Counted from the first letter of the stretch, positions 37,574-47,971 are shown. The stretch is 64,000 nt of DNA from Anaerolineae bacterium (GCA_013178165.1 JABLXG010000001.1:17605-81604); one strand, 5' to 3'. The notes: generated from the letters alone by a model not told the origin. Translations and numbers: made by a program.

Positions 37574-39115
37574 ATGCTGGCGAAAGTCATCTCGTGTGGG
37601 GTGGTTGGTCTGGATGGCATTCCGGTGACGGTAGAGGTTGATTTCTCTCCGAATGCCGGTACTCCGCAGTTCAATATCGTTGGTCTGCCCGGCTCAGCCG
37701 TCAAAGAGAGCCGGGAGCGGGTGCGATCGGCCATCAAGAACAGTGGGCTGCGCTTTCCACTTAAGCGCTACACCGTCAATCTGGCGCCGGCGAATATCCC
37801 CAAGGATGGCCCGGCCTACGATCTGCCGATCGCCGTTGGCGCGCTGGCGGCAACCGACCAGGCTCCGCTTGACGTCCTGGAGATGGCGATGTTCATCGGG
37901 GAGCTGTCGCTGGATGGCGAGGTGCGGCATGTCAAAGGCGTGATCTCCTGCACCTACGCGGCGCGGCAACAGGGACTGCGCACGATTTTTGTCCCGGAAG
38001 CAGACGCTGCAGAGGCCGCCCTGATCCCGGATATTGAGGTCATCCCGGTGCGGACGCTGGGACAACTGCTGGAGCATCTGTACGGTCTGCAGGTGATCCC
38101 CGCCTTTCGCCGCGAGGATATCCCGGCGGTGGATGAAGCAGCGTTGTTGCGGGGTCTGGTGGACTTCGCCGAGATCAGGGGGCAGGAACATGTCAAGCGG
38201 GCGCTGGAAGTAGCGGCGGCGGGCAGCCATAATGTGCTGATGTCCGGCCCACCCGGCTCAGGCAAAACTCTCATGGCCCGCGCTCTGCCCGGTATCCTGC
38301 CGGCGATGACGCTGGATGAGGCGCTGGAAGTTACGCGCATCTACTCGGTCGCCGATCTGCTGCCGAGCGATTCGCCGCTGTTGCGGGCGCGCCCGTACCG
38401 CGCCCCACACCACACCATCAGCCAGGCCGGGCTGGTAGGCGGCGGACGCTTGCCACGCCCCGGCGAGGTGACGCTGGCCAATCAGGGCGTGCTTTTTCTG
38501 GATGAGTTCGGCGAGTTTGGCCGGTCGGCGCTGGAGGTCATGCGCCAGCCAATGGAGGATCGCAAGGTCACGATCAGTCGGGCTAATGGTACGCTGACCT
38601 TCCCGGCCAACTTCATGCTGGTGGCGGCGATGAATCCCTGCCCGTGCGGCTACTACGGCGATCCGTCGCACCAGTGCACCTGCTCGCCGGGGCAGATTCG
38701 CCGTTACCAGCAGACGATCTCCGGCCCCCTGCTGGATCGCATCGACATCCATGTTGATGTACCCCGGGTGGATTACGACAAGTTGACCAGCCGGGCGCAG
38801 GCGGAGACGTCGAGTAGCATCCGGGCGCGGGTAGAAGCGGCCCGGGAGCGTCAGCGCCGACGGTTTGCCGGAAGTCCTCACCTGCGGGCCAACGCCGACA
38901 TGGGGCCAGGAGACATCCGCAGGTTCTGCCGCCTGACTCCGGAGGCGGAAGGGCTGATTAAAGTGACACTGCGCCAGATGCAACTCAGCGCGCGGGCCTA
39001 TCACCGTGTGCTTAAGCTGGGGCAGACAATCGCCGATCTGGCCGGTAGCGATGTGATCGATGTGCCGCACCTGGCTGAGGCGATCCAGTACCGGCCCCGG
39101 CGTGCGACCATATAA
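37574..39115 (+). CDS. comM: YifB/ComM-family Mg-chelatase-like AAA+ ATPase
   Basis: VGLPGSAVKESRERV, NLAPA, GPPGSGKT, LFLDEF, AAMNPCPCG, ISGPLLDRID and LSARAYHRVLK. Confidence 0.93.
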   Translation: MLAKVISCGVVGLDGIPVTVEVDFSPNAGTPQFNIVGLPGSAVKESRERVRSAIKNSGLRFPLKRYTVNLAPANIPKDGPAYDLPIAVGALAATDQAPLDVLEMAMFIGELSLDGEVRHVKGVISCTYAARQQGLRTIFVPEADAAEAALIPDIEVIPVRTLGQLLEHLYGLQVIPAFRREDIPAVDEAALLRGLVDFAEIRGQEHVKRALEVAAAGSHNVLMSGPPGSGKTLMARALPGILPAMTLDEALEVTRIYSVADLLPSDSPLLRARPYRAPHHTISQAGLVGGGRLPRPGEVTLANQGVLFLDEFGEFGRSALEVMRQPMEDRKVTISRANGTLTFPANFMLVAAMNPCPCGYYGDPSHQCTCSPGQIRRYQQTISGPLLDRIDIHVDVPRVDYDKLTSRAQAETSSSIRARVEAARERQRRRFAGSPHLRANADMGPGDIRRFCRLTPEAEGLIKVTLRQMQLSARAYHRVLKLGQTIADLAGSDVIDVPHLAEAIQYRPRRATI

Positions 39116-39152
39116 TCGCCTGGTCAGGATGTGACGAAGGAAACGACTTTCC

Positions 39153-40139
39153 GTGAGCGAGCGTATTGTGATCCCGGGCCTGGGGGAGTTTTCGCCAGAT
39201 GATGGCCTGGAGCCGCTGCAAGCGTGTAGCGATGGCTTTTTCCGGGTAGGGAAGGATGGTGTTGAGGCTATTATGCGGACGGGCGACGGCAAGGTGGAGT
39301 TCATCGCCTTCGCCGACAGGACACAGGCTTATGTGCGTTCGGCGCTGGGCTACCCGGCCTACTACCCTGTTCATCCGGTGTCGATCGAACGACCATTGCG
39401 GGCGGTGCTGATGGACCTGGACGGCACCAGTGTGCGTAGTGAAGGCTTCTGGATCTGGATCATCCAGATGACTCTTGCCAGTTTGCTCGGCAACCCGCGC
39501 TTTGAACTGGAGGACGCCGATCTGCCTTATGTCTCTGGCCATAGTGTATCTGAGCATCTGCAGTACGGGATTGACAAGTACTGCCCTGGCCGGACGGTGG
39601 AAGAGGCCCGCCAACTCTACTTTGAGCACACGCACCGCGAACTGCAGGCGATCCTAGCCGGTGGAGGGCGCGCCGATGCCTTTGTCCCCACGCCGGGGCT
39701 GAAAGACTTTTTGCTGACGTTGAAGAGCAGGGGGGTCAAGATCGGACTGGTGACGTCCGGTCTCTATGAGAAGGCCTACCCGGAGATTCTCTCTGCGTTT
39801 CGCACGTTGGGCCTGGGCGATCCGCGGGAGTTTTACGACGCGATCATCACCGCCGGCTTTCCGCTGCGGCAGGGGGAGACGGGCACCCTGGGCGAGCTTT
39901 CGCCTAAGCCGCATCCCTGGCTGTATGCGGAGACCAGCCGGGTAGGGCTGGGTATTCCGTTTGAAGCGCGTAGCCGGGTGGTGGGAATTGAGGACAGCGG
40001 AGCAGGTATCTGCGCGATCCGCCTGGCGGGCTTTGCGCCGATCGGACTGAGCGGCGGCAATATTATTAAGAGCGGAACACGGGCGCTGTGCAGCCACTAT
40101 TGCGATTCGCTGGCTGAGGCGCTCTACTTTATCCTGTGA
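39153..40139 (+). CDS. HAD-superfamily phosphatase with N-terminal extension
   Basis: MDLDGT, LVTSG, KPHP and GIEDSGAG. Confidence 0.85.
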   Translation: MSERIVIPGLGEFSPDDGLEPLQACSDGFFRVGKDGVEAIMRTGDGKVEFIAFADRTQAYVRSALGYPAYYPVHPVSIERPLRAVLMDLDGTSVRSEGFWIWIIQMTLASLLGNPRFELEDADLPYVSGHSVSEHLQYGIDKYCPGRTVEEARQLYFEHTHRELQAILAGGGRADAFVPTPGLKDFLLTLKSRGVKIGLVTSGLYEKAYPEILSAFRTLGLGDPREFYDAIITAGFPLRQGETGTLGELSPKPHPWLYAETSRVGLGIPFEARSRVVGIEDSGAGICAIRLAGFAPIGLSGGNIIKSGTRALCSHYCDSLAEALYFIL

Positions 40140-40828
40140 GCAGAGGATCAGGGTCAGTTGCGATTATGGGAGGCAAGGCGTTGCAGTACATCCCCTGGGA
40201 CGAATGGCAGTACCGGCACGAAATCTGCGCTGTTGGCCGGCGCATGTACGATCTGTTTTTTGCCGTGGGCAACGATGGCAATATCAGCGTGCGGTTGTCA
40301 GACGACCGTATCCTGATCACCCCCTCTGGTGTGAGTAAGGGGCTGATGGCTCCGGAAGCTCTGATGATTGTCTCGCCGACAGGCGAAGTCCTGCAGGCGC
40401 TGGAAGGCTGCAAACCTTCCTCGGAGAACCGGATGCACCTGGCGATTTACCGCCACCGTCCGGATGTGCGGGCTGTGGTCCATGCCCATCCGCCGACGGC
40501 GACCGGTCTGGCTGTTGCAGGCGTAGGGCTGGATCAGCCGTTTCTGGCGGAGGCAGTGGTGCGCACCGGCCCGACTCCGCTGGTGCCTTATGTCATTCCC
40601 GGCGGGGATGAGTTGCCGGAGGCGTTGATACCCTATCTGGCGGACCATAACACACTGCTGCTGGGTAATCACGGCGTGGTAGCTTATGCCCGGACGCTGC
40701 AGGATGCTGCCGTGTACCTGGAGACAGTGGAATTCCTGGCGCGGGTCTACCTTGCCGCCAGACAGGCCGGACAGGTCAAGACTTTCACGCCGGAGCAGGT
40801 CGCGGCGCTACGCCAGCGCTACGGCTAG
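40136..40828 (+). CDS. Class II aldolase/adducin-family protein
   Basis: GNDGNISVR, ITPSG, PSSENRMH, VVHAHP and LLGNHGV. Confidence 0.92.
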   Translation: MSRGSGSVAIMGGKALQYIPWDEWQYRHEICAVGRRMYDLFFAVGNDGNISVRLSDDRILITPSGVSKGLMAPEALMIVSPTGEVLQALEGCKPSSENRMHLAIYRHRPDVRAVVHAHPPTATGLAVAGVGLDQPFLAEAVVRTGPTPLVPYVIPGGDELPEALIPYLADHNTLLLGNHGVVAYARTLQDAAVYLETVEFLARVYLAARQAGQVKTFTPEQVAALRQRYG

Positions 40829-40860
40829 CGACGGATGACAGGCCGTGATGCTGAATAAGT

Positions 40861-40905
40861 AAGGCCTGCGTTCCCAGAAGCACACCGGGAACGCAGGCCT
40901 TTTTC
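40861..40905. terminator. Intrinsic terminator between convergent genes
   Basis: Perfect 15-bp stem AAGGCCTGCGTTCCC / GGGAACGCAGGCCTT followed by a T run. Confidence 0.88.
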
Positions 40906-40914
40906 GCGCGGTTC

Positions 40915-43581
40915 TCAGGGGCCGGCGTGGGTTAAGGATACCAGATCCAGGTATCGGGCGGTGAACTTCCAGCGCGGATGACGCTGGCCACCCCGTAGGC
41001 GCGCCATTTCGCGTTCGGGAATGATGGCCTTGAAGCGGGGTATCTCGCCGCTATCGCCATGGAAGCGATTCGCATAGGCGAGCGAAAACCCATAGCACAT
41101 GCCTTCTACGCCATGGTTGTTCCACAGGATGAATCGATCGGCGCAGTCAGCGCCGCTGATATGGTGCACGCCCGTCCCCAGGGTCACTTCCAGCAGGGCG
41201 CGGACCTGTGAGTCGCTCATACGAGCGGCGTAATCGGCCAGCAGGTGCGGCGTCGCAGGTAAATCGGCCAGACGGCGGGCCAGAGACTGCTTGACCGCCG
41301 AATGCAGCCGGAATGCCCGCAACATCGCCTGACCCTTTTCCAGCGTTCTGTCGCGGTGGGAGAGCAGGCTACCGTGCTCCGCGGAGACCTCCAGGCGCAG
41401 GGTTGCGGTGCGGGAAAGGCTCAGGCCGGTTATGGTCAGGCGCTCCGCCTGGGCATTGTATTGCGTCGTCAGTGGAATCTCCTGCCCGTTGACCAGTGCC
41501 CGGCAGCGAGCAGGTTCGACGATGCCGTGGATGTGTAGCCGGTACTCCCGTTCCTGCGGGATCAGGGTGGCATCGCCGCGGGGAGCCTGCACGGTGATGG
41601 TCAGGCCGTCAGAATGCCATGCCTGAGCGATGTCGGTCAGGCAAGCCTGGCCATCCAGGTATGCCGGGCTGTTCCCGTCGTCCTCGTAGAGGGTGAAGTA
41701 GCCGTCTGCGCCAGCGAACAGGTGCACGTCCAGCACAGAGGGATTGTCTGTTCCGCCCCAGCCGGTCAGCGGCCCCAGTGGGACGATCGCACCAGCACGA
41801 GCAAAGACAGGGATATCTCCCATCGCACCGTACACAGCATACCAGGCATCGCCACGGTAATACTCTCCGCTGAAGAAGTCGTACCAGTCACCGGCAGGTA
41901 GCCAGACGACCTGGCGGCTCAACTGCGTGTCCGGGTCAGCAGGCGCAACATAGGGCGCTGCGATCAGTTCTGTGCCGAAGGTGTACTGTTGCGGACAGTG
42001 ATATGCCTCCTCCTGGTCGGGGTGGTGATGGTACATGGGCTGGATGAGGGGGCGGTGGCTGGTGTGGCTAAGCCAGGCCATCGTGTAGATGTACGGGATC
42101 AGCGCGTGGCGCAGTTGCAGGGCCGTTTGCAGGTGGCGGAACGTCTCAGCGTCATAGGCCCAGGGGCGGCGATCATGGAACGGGTTGTTGGTGCAGTGGA
42201 TGCGCAGGATGGGGCTGAAAACGCCATATTGCACCCAGCGCAGATATAGCTCCGGAGTCTCCACACCCAGATGATGCCCACCGATGTCATGGCTCCACCA
42301 GCCGTAGGCAACATTGGCAGCTGTTGACGTGAAATATGGCTGGAAGGCCAGCGTCTCCCAGCTGATCAGTGCATCGCCGGAGAAGCCGATGGGATAGCGG
42401 TGGTTACCCAGGCCGCCCCAGCGCGAAAAGACAAAGGAGCGTTTGTTGGCTCGTCCCAGGTCCAGAAAGTGCAGGTGGTTCAGCCACCACAGCGGATCGA
42501 GGTTGGGCAAGCTGGTGAGGGTACCCTGCTGCCAGTCCAGCCACCAGAAATCGACGCCGCGAGCTTCTTCTGGGTGGTGCAGTACCTCAAAGTAGGCGCG
42601 GGCGAAGCGTGGGTCAGCGATGTCAAAGGGAATGGGTTGCTCGCTGGCGGGGTCGACGCCCATACGCCGGGCCATTTCGGCGTAACGTTCCTCATGAGGG
42701 TGGATGCCTTCGGCCGGGTGCAGATTCAGGGCCGTACAGAGGCCTTTGCTGTGCAGGAAGCGCAGGAACCGATCCGGGTCGGGGAAGAGCGCCCGGTTCC
42801 AGGTGTAACCGGTCCAGCCGCTGCACTGGTTGCCGGTGTCGGTAATGTGCCAGTCCATGTCAACGATACAGACGGACAGGGGGACCTGATGGCGCTGGAA
42901 GTCCTCGATCAGAGCAGTGAGTTCATCTTCCGTGTAAGCCCAGTAGCGGCTCCACCAGTTGCCCAGCGCCCAGCGCGGGATCAGCGGTGTCGGGCCGGTA
43001 AGCAGGCTGTAGTCCCGCAGGCAGGCCATGTAATCGTGCCCATAACCGAAGAAATAGAGGTCTCGCGCTTCAGGAGCGGCTTGACGGACTTCCAGCCAGC
43101 CTGCTTCGTTGAAAACCAGCGATTTCGAATCATCGATAACCGCCCAGCCGGAGCGTGAGATCAGGCCGGGATCGAGGCGCGTTGGGCCGTTGATGTCATC
43201 AAGCGTGCGGATGGTGCCGCCCAGATTCTGCCGGTCGGTGTCCTCGTAGTGCCAGATTGCTCCTGTCGATTTGAGCGTGATGCGCAAGGTATCCGGAGCA
43301 AACCCCTGTGGTGTGATAGCGTACTGCAGCTGCAGATGAGCGGTCTCTAGGGTGATGTGATCAGCCGCAACAGTGGCTGTAAAAGCAGGAACCGGCTGTT
43401 GGCGGTACCAGAAGACCTGGCTGGGCCGATCCTCGAAGCGCTCAGCCGGGTCATATTCCAGGCGGAGGACTCGTTCAGTCAGTACTGTAAAACGGACGCC
43501 TGGACCCAGCACGATGGCCGCAGGATCCGCCGCTGAGCGGGCGTCAATCCGAAAGTGTTCAGGAATTACGCTTTCAGTCAT
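40915..43581 (-). CDS. Glycoside hydrolase family 31 (alpha-glucosidase/xylosidase-like)
   Basis: WWSRYW, IVDMDWH, LNLHP, FWWLDWQ, GFSGD, WSHDIGGH and LYEDDG. Confidence 0.93.
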   Translation of the reverse strand: MTESVIPEHFRIDARSAADPAAIVLGPGVRFTVLTERVLRLEYDPAERFEDRPSQVFWYRQQPVPAFTATVAADHITLETAHLQLQYAITPQGFAPDTLRITLKSTGAIWHYEDTDRQNLGGTIRTLDDINGPTRLDPGLISRSGWAVIDDSKSLVFNEAGWLEVRQAAPEARDLYFFGYGHDYMACLRDYSLLTGPTPLIPRWALGNWWSRYWAYTEDELTALIEDFQRHQVPLSVCIVDMDWHITDTGNQCSGWTGYTWNRALFPDPDRFLRFLHSKGLCTALNLHPAEGIHPHEERYAEMARRMGVDPASEQPIPFDIADPRFARAYFEVLHHPEEARGVDFWWLDWQQGTLTSLPNLDPLWWLNHLHFLDLGRANKRSFVFSRWGGLGNHRYPIGFSGDALISWETLAFQPYFTSTAANVAYGWWSHDIGGHHLGVETPELYLRWVQYGVFSPILRIHCTNNPFHDRRPWAYDAETFRHLQTALQLRHALIPYIYTMAWLSHTSHRPLIQPMYHHHPDQEEAYHCPQQYTFGTELIAAPYVAPADPDTQLSRQVVWLPAGDWYDFFSGEYYRGDAWYAVYGAMGDIPVFARAGAIVPLGPLTGWGGTDNPSVLDVHLFAGADGYFTLYEDDGNSPAYLDGQACLTDIAQAWHSDGLTITVQAPRGDATLIPQEREYRLHIHGIVEPARCRALVNGQEIPLTTQYNAQAERLTITGLSLSRTATLRLEVSAEHGSLLSHRDRTLEKGQAMLRAFRLHSAVKQSLARRLADLPATPHLLADYAARMSDSQVRALLEVTLGTGVHHISGADCADRFILWNNHGVEGMCYGFSLAYANRFHGDSGEIPRFKAIIPEREMARLRGGQRHPRWKFTARYLDLVSLTHAGP

Positions 43582-43636
43582 CGGGTGTTTATTCCTTGAG
43601 TGGGTGAAGAGAAAAACAATGCGGGTTACACAAGAG

Positions 43637-43684
43637 CAGCGGCAGGGCGGACGAGTCCATTTGTGGACACGGCCCCTGCCGCTG
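43637..43684. other. Stem-loop 3' of the GT2 gene
   Basis: CAGCGGCAGGG/CCCTGCCGCTG 11-bp stem with an inner GTCCA/TGGAC hairpin; no adjacent U tract. Confidence 0.5.
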
Positions 43685-43698
43685 GCACAGTAGCTGGT

Positions 43699-44904
43699 TC
43701 AACTGTCCGCAGTGCGCTTTTGCCAGGTAACGTGCTGGGTGCCGCGCGCCCAGCGCCACAGCCCGACCAGGGCGGCCAGATTGGAGCTGACGAAGAAGTA
43801 GATGACATTGAGCAGGCGATAATGCCTGCCGCGCCGTTCCGCCAGCCAGCCAGCCAGCGCCAGGCCATAAAAGGCCAGCTGGCCCAGCAGGATCAGCCCT
43901 CCCCACCAGCCGCGCAACAACAACGCATCTTCCAGAAAGTGGCCTGTCATTGGCTGGCTCAGCAGGACAGCAAGCAGATTGGCCAGGAGGATGAGCAGCA
44001 TCAATACCGGCGTGAGCGGGCGCAATAGCTTATGGGAGAACAATCGGAAGGCAAGTCCTGGAGTGGGGGCTTTGAGGTATCCGGCAGAGAACAGCGCCTG
44101 ATAGCGCCCGGCATTGATACGCACCCGACGATTGAACTCGTCGCTCATCGTTGCGCTGGCGTCGTCGTAGCTGATGGCGTCCGGCTCATAGACGACGCGA
44201 TAGCCCTGTCGCAGGACTTCCATCGCGATGCTGAATTCGTCGTTGATGATTCCGGTGCGCAATGGCCGGAACAAAGCCCGCCGGATGGCGAACATGTTGC
44301 CGTGAACAGCAACAGTGCTGCCAGTCTTGCTTTCCCAACGGCGCAGGGCGGCCTCATAGCGCCAGTACAGGCCGGCAGGCTTGGCGACAGCGGTGGCGGC
44401 ATCCCAGACAGCTAGTGTTCCCACCACAACGCCAACGGTGGGATCAGCGAAGCGTCGGGCCAGGATGCGCAGGCTCTCGGATTCGTAGCTCGGTGAGGCG
44501 TCACTCAAGACCACGATCTCACCAGTCGCGTGGGCAAAGCCAGTATTGACGGCAGCCATCTTTCCCCCGCGAAAGGGTTGCTCAATCAGTGTGACGCCGC
44601 GCACGGCGAATTCCCGCACGATGTCCGGCGTGCCATCGGAGCTGCCATCGTCGACCACCAGAATTTGCAGCCTGTCTCGCGGATAATTCAGCGTGAGGCT
44701 GTTGTTCAACTTGCGGCGGATGACATCAGCCTCGTTGTGAGCCGGGATCAGCAGGGTGAGGGTTGGCAGGCTGTCCGGGGCGGTGACTGGCGGAGTGCGT
44801 TTACCCCGCGCCAGGAGATACATAAATAGTGGGTAGCCGAAGTAGGTCCACAGGAAGGCAGCTACACAGATCCAGAAGATAAATACGAGAATGGGCAGGA
44901 TCAC
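43699..44904 (-). CDS. Glycosyltransferase family 2, membrane-bound
   Basis: LIPAHNE, VVDDGSSD, VLSDAS, INDEF and RRVRINAG; TM helices at both ends. Confidence 0.9.
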   Translation of the reverse strand: MILPILVFIFWICVAAFLWTYFGYPLFMYLLARGKRTPPVTAPDSLPTLTLLIPAHNEADVIRRKLNNSLTLNYPRDRLQILVVDDGSSDGTPDIVREFAVRGVTLIEQPFRGGKMAAVNTGFAHATGEIVVLSDASPSYESESLRILARRFADPTVGVVVGTLAVWDAATAVAKPAGLYWRYEAALRRWESKTGSTVAVHGNMFAIRRALFRPLRTGIINDEFSIAMEVLRQGYRVVYEPDAISYDDASATMSDEFNRRVRINAGRYQALFSAGYLKAPTPGLAFRLFSHKLLRPLTPVLMLLILLANLLAVLLSQPMTGHFLEDALLLRGWWGGLILLGQLAFYGLALAGWLAERRGRHYRLLNVIYFFVSSNLAALVGLWRWARGTQHVTWQKRTADS

Positions 44905-44927
44905 AGTCTCTCACCGGAATTGAGTTG

Positions 44928-46625
44928 TCAGCGCGCACCTTGCCGCTTGAGCACTTGCCCAATTGTACGCAGCATAATCTGAATGTCCAATGCGAAGCTG
45001 ATTTTGTCGATATAGAGCATGTCCCAGCGTAGCCAGTCGTCAAAGTCAGTGCTGCCCCGCGCCCCGATCTGCCACAGGCCGGTGATCCCAGGGCGGACCG
45101 TCAGGCGTTCGGTATGCAACAGGGTATAACTATCCAGCCCCCAGCTGGTGGGTCTGGGTCCAACGATACTCATATCGCCGCGCAGCACGTTGAAAATCTG
45201 CGGCAGTTCATCCAGGCTCGTCTTGCGGAGGATGCGGCCTACCCGCGTCACACGCGGATCACGGGCGAGTTTAAGCGGCTCGGCTAATTTGCCATCCGGG
45301 CCAAGTTTGGCCAGCCCCTGAGCGGCCAACTCCTTGAGTTTGGCCTCGGCATCAGGAACCATGGTACGGAACTTGTACATTTTAAAACGCCGGCCACCCA
45401 GCCCGGTGCGCTGCTGCACAAAGAAGATCGGGCGGCCTCCGTCGAGGTAGACCAGCAGCATCAGGACGAGCATCAGCGGCACGGTAACCGGCATGCTGAT
45501 TACCACCAGGGTGATGTCGATCAGGCGCTTGAGCACCATGTATACCAGACGGGCGCTGGCACTCTGGTATGGCAGCTCGTTAACCCAGAAATCGGGGTCA
45601 TTAGGGTGTTGGCTGCCTGAAGAGGAGGGACGCGGCTGGTCAGCGTAGTCTGTGGGCAGAGGCTGAAAGAGTTGCCTGATCCAGGAGACGGGCTGTATGG
45701 CGCTGGCGGAACGTTTTGTGGCAGTCTCTGCGGTTGCCTGCCTGGATGAGGGTGGGACAACCGCGGAGACCAGTTGATCGCTACGCGCGCCACCCTGCGG
45801 TGGACGCTGCTGATCCTCAGGCTGCAAGGGGATGGGATGCAGCAGGGCAGCATCCAGTAGATCGCGGTAGATGAGACCGTCCTCCGGGAAGGCGGCGACG
45901 CCCACGGCTACTTCCAGGCCCAGGCGCATCTTGATCAGGGTATGAATCTGTCGTGCCAGGCGGATCGCCTGCTCGCGGTCGGTCTCTGGCAGGCAAATCA
46001 CCAGGTTGTCGCCGCTCCAGGCGATGGTATCGCTGCGGTAGATGGCCGACATGGCGATCTGAGCGATGCGCACCTTGAGGTAGCGCTTCTGGAAAGCCGC
46101 CTCCAGGTTGAAACGATCGGTGATGTGTTCCTGCATCTCTTCAAGCCATTCCACCCGCAGGGCGACAAACCCCACCGGGCGGTCGAAGCGTCGGGCGCGG
46201 AACAGCTCATTGTTGATCTTCTCCTCACCTTCGGCCTCGGAGAGCACGCTTGACTTCTCTGGGGTAAGCAGCACGTTCTCAATGGCCTTCTCAATGTTGG
46301 CTGTGGCCAGTGAGATAACACGGGCTACGGAAACGGTCAGGATCAGGACGACTACCTCGGTAATGATCAACGGCAGGGGGGTGTCCGGGTGACCGATCGT
46401 CACTTTGGCAAGGCCGTACAGGATCAGCGTAGGTATCAATACGTACTCTGAACGCTTGCCCAGGTCTGGCAGGGCCAGGATGGTGACAGCGACCATGGCG
46501 GCGATGACATAGACAAAGGAGTCCAGGTCGATGTTGCCGAAATCCTGAATGTCTGGCCGTTCCAGATTGAACAGAATTACCAGCCAGATTGTCAGACCGA
46601 TGAGCAGGAGTCGGAACCTAGCCAT
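44928..46625 (-). CDS. Priming sugar transferase (WcaJ/CpsE-like) fused to an N-terminal TM bundle and a degenerate GGDEF-like domain
   Basis: C-terminal [52 protein letters not shown] and RPGITGLWQ. Middle domain [11 protein letters not shown]...[18 protein letters not shown]...[10 protein letters not shown]. Confidence 0.88.
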   Translation of the reverse strand: MARFRLLLIGLTIWLVILFNLERPDIQDFGNIDLDSFVYVIAAMVAVTILALPDLGKRSEYVLIPTLILYGLAKVTIGHPDTPLPLIITEVVVLILTVSVARVISLATANIEKAIENVLLTPEKSSVLSEAEGEEKINNELFRARRFDRPVGFVALRVEWLEEMQEHITDRFNLEAAFQKRYLKVRIAQIAMSAIYRSDTIAWSGDNLVICLPETDREQAIRLARQIHTLIKMRLGLEVAVGVAAFPEDGLIYRDLLDAALLHPIPLQPEDQQRPPQGGARSDQLVSAVVPPSSRQATAETATKRSASAIQPVSWIRQLFQPLPTDYADQPRPSSSGSQHPNDPDFWVNELPYQSASARLVYMVLKRLIDITLVVISMPVTVPLMLVLMLLVYLDGGRPIFFVQQRTGLGGRRFKMYKFRTMVPDAEAKLKELAAQGLAKLGPDGKLAEPLKLARDPRVTRVGRILRKTSLDELPQIFNVLRGDMSIVGPRPTSWGLDSYTLLHTERLTVRPGITGLWQIGARGSTDFDDWLRWDMLYIDKISFALDIQIMLRTIGQVLKRQGAR

Positions 46626-46835
46626 GTGTTTGAATCCTTCTAACGTTACATCTAATCCGGTGTTGATCCTGCGCGAGTGCAGGACGTGTTTGCCTGAAGG
46701 TTGGAGTAGGCGTGTATGCTGGCAGGAATGACGGTGGCAGGAGATGCCTTTAATTTATCTTAACAATTTTCCGCTTACGGCGCTGTGAATTTTTCCTAAA
46801 ATCACCGGTTATATCGAGTCATGCTGGTACCAGGA

Positions 46836-46844
46836 TGCTATAAT
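46836..46844 (+). promoter_or_regulatory. Extended -10 promoter-like site pointing antisense into the kinase gene
   Basis: TG-C-TATAAT, within an 11-mer (ATGCTATAATG) identical to the one at 24377-24387. Confidence 0.4.
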
Positions 46845-46858
46845 GCGGCAGGACATTC

Positions 46859-47971
46859 TTAATGTAGAGTCTGATTGATCTTTACCATCCAGGATGCCAT
46901 GATGCGGTAGAACGTCGGGTTGACAATCCAGCGTTGGACCGGTATCCGCCACACTGCATGCCGACCGTTGAATGTTCTTCGCAGGGCTTCCAGGCTTTCC
47001 AGCCATTTCTGCAGCAGGAAACGGCCTTCGTAAAGCGCCAGGAGCAACGGTTCGGGCTGACTGCCGGCGAAGTAGCCTGCCAGGAAGGCTTGACTGAGTG
47101 CGTCGATCATCGCTGGCGTGGGGAAGGTGGCCAGCGAAAGAAGACGCGCCCGGCGGCTCTTAAGATCGGCTACCAGCTTGCCCAGATCGTAGTAGGGACT
47201 GTCCAGTCGATCAAGCGCTGTATCCATGCTTACAACGCTCTGGTCAGGGAGCAGGAAGAAATTACGCGCATGTAAGTCTCCATGCACCCAGACCTGGCGG
47301 TCATCGCTTACCTGCTGCAGGGCGGTGAGGGTCGGCTGCCAGAGCGGCCAGCTTTCTAAGTCCACGCCGCAGGCGCGGAGTTGCTGGACATGTTCCAGCA
47401 GGATAGCCAGGCTATCCGCCGGACCAAAACACCGATCGGCTGGCGCGTTGTCAACGGGCAGCTCATGTAACCAATGCAGCCACTTTCCGCAGCGCTGTAG
47501 CATGTGCATCGCTTGCTTCATCCCCTGGCGGCTGAGCAAATGGCGTGGTGACAGGTTGTTGTCATATAATGGCTGGCCAGGGACAAAGTCCATGATCAGA
47601 GCGTTGATGTCCGGGAGATAGGCTTCCGGGTGGACTGCGCGCAGGTGTGGATCATCCTGTCGGAGGAAATGCCGGTAAACCCGCAGCAGGCTTTCGTACT
47701 CGTGTTGGCCGCGAAGCAGCAACTCTTCGGACTGATACGACACCGCTGCAGTGGCCTGGTCAGGGAAGCGCATGATCTTGACGACCAGCTGGCGTTGTTG
47801 CTGTTTCGTTCCGATGGTCAGGAAGTACAACGTGCTCCAGGGTTTTGTGATGACGGTCGGAGGACGCTGTAACTGCCAGGGGGATGGAAGCGGGTGTTTC
47901 CCATTGAAGTAAGCAAGGACAGCACTGATGGTAGCTTCGGGGGGAAGAAATGTTTCAGGTTTGAATTTCAT
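46859..47971 (-). CDS. Aminoglycoside-phosphotransferase/Kdo-kinase-like kinase
   Basis: LVVKIMRF, LIMDFVPG, WVHGDLHARNF, SMDT and DLGKLVADL. Confidence 0.78.
   Translation of the reverse strand: MKFKPETFLPPEATISAVLAYFNGKHPLPSPWQLQRPPTVITKPWSTLYFLTIGTKQQQRQLVVKIMRFPDQATAAVSYQSEELLLRGQHEYESLLRVYRHFLRQDDPHLRAVHPEAYLPDINALIMDFVPGQPLYDNNLSPRHLLSRQGMKQAMHMLQRCGKWLHWLHELPVDNAPADRCFGPADSLAILLEHVQQLRACGVDLESWPLWQPTLTALQQVSDDRQVWVHGDLHARNFFLLPDQSVVSMDTALDRLDSPYYDLGKLVADLKSRRARLLSLATFPTPAMIDALSQAFLAGYFAGSQPEPLLLALYEGRFLLQKWLESLEALRRTFNGRHAVWRIPVQRWIVNPTFYRIMASWMVKINQTLH

Noticed and set aside
46626-46720. c-di-GMP-I riboswitch upstream of the priming transferase (GGCAAAC plus a TCCTGC/GCAGGA hairpin on the minus strand)
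   Set aside because: The GNRA tetraloop, its receptor and the rest of the GEMM consensus are absent. An Infernal/Rfam scan would settle it.
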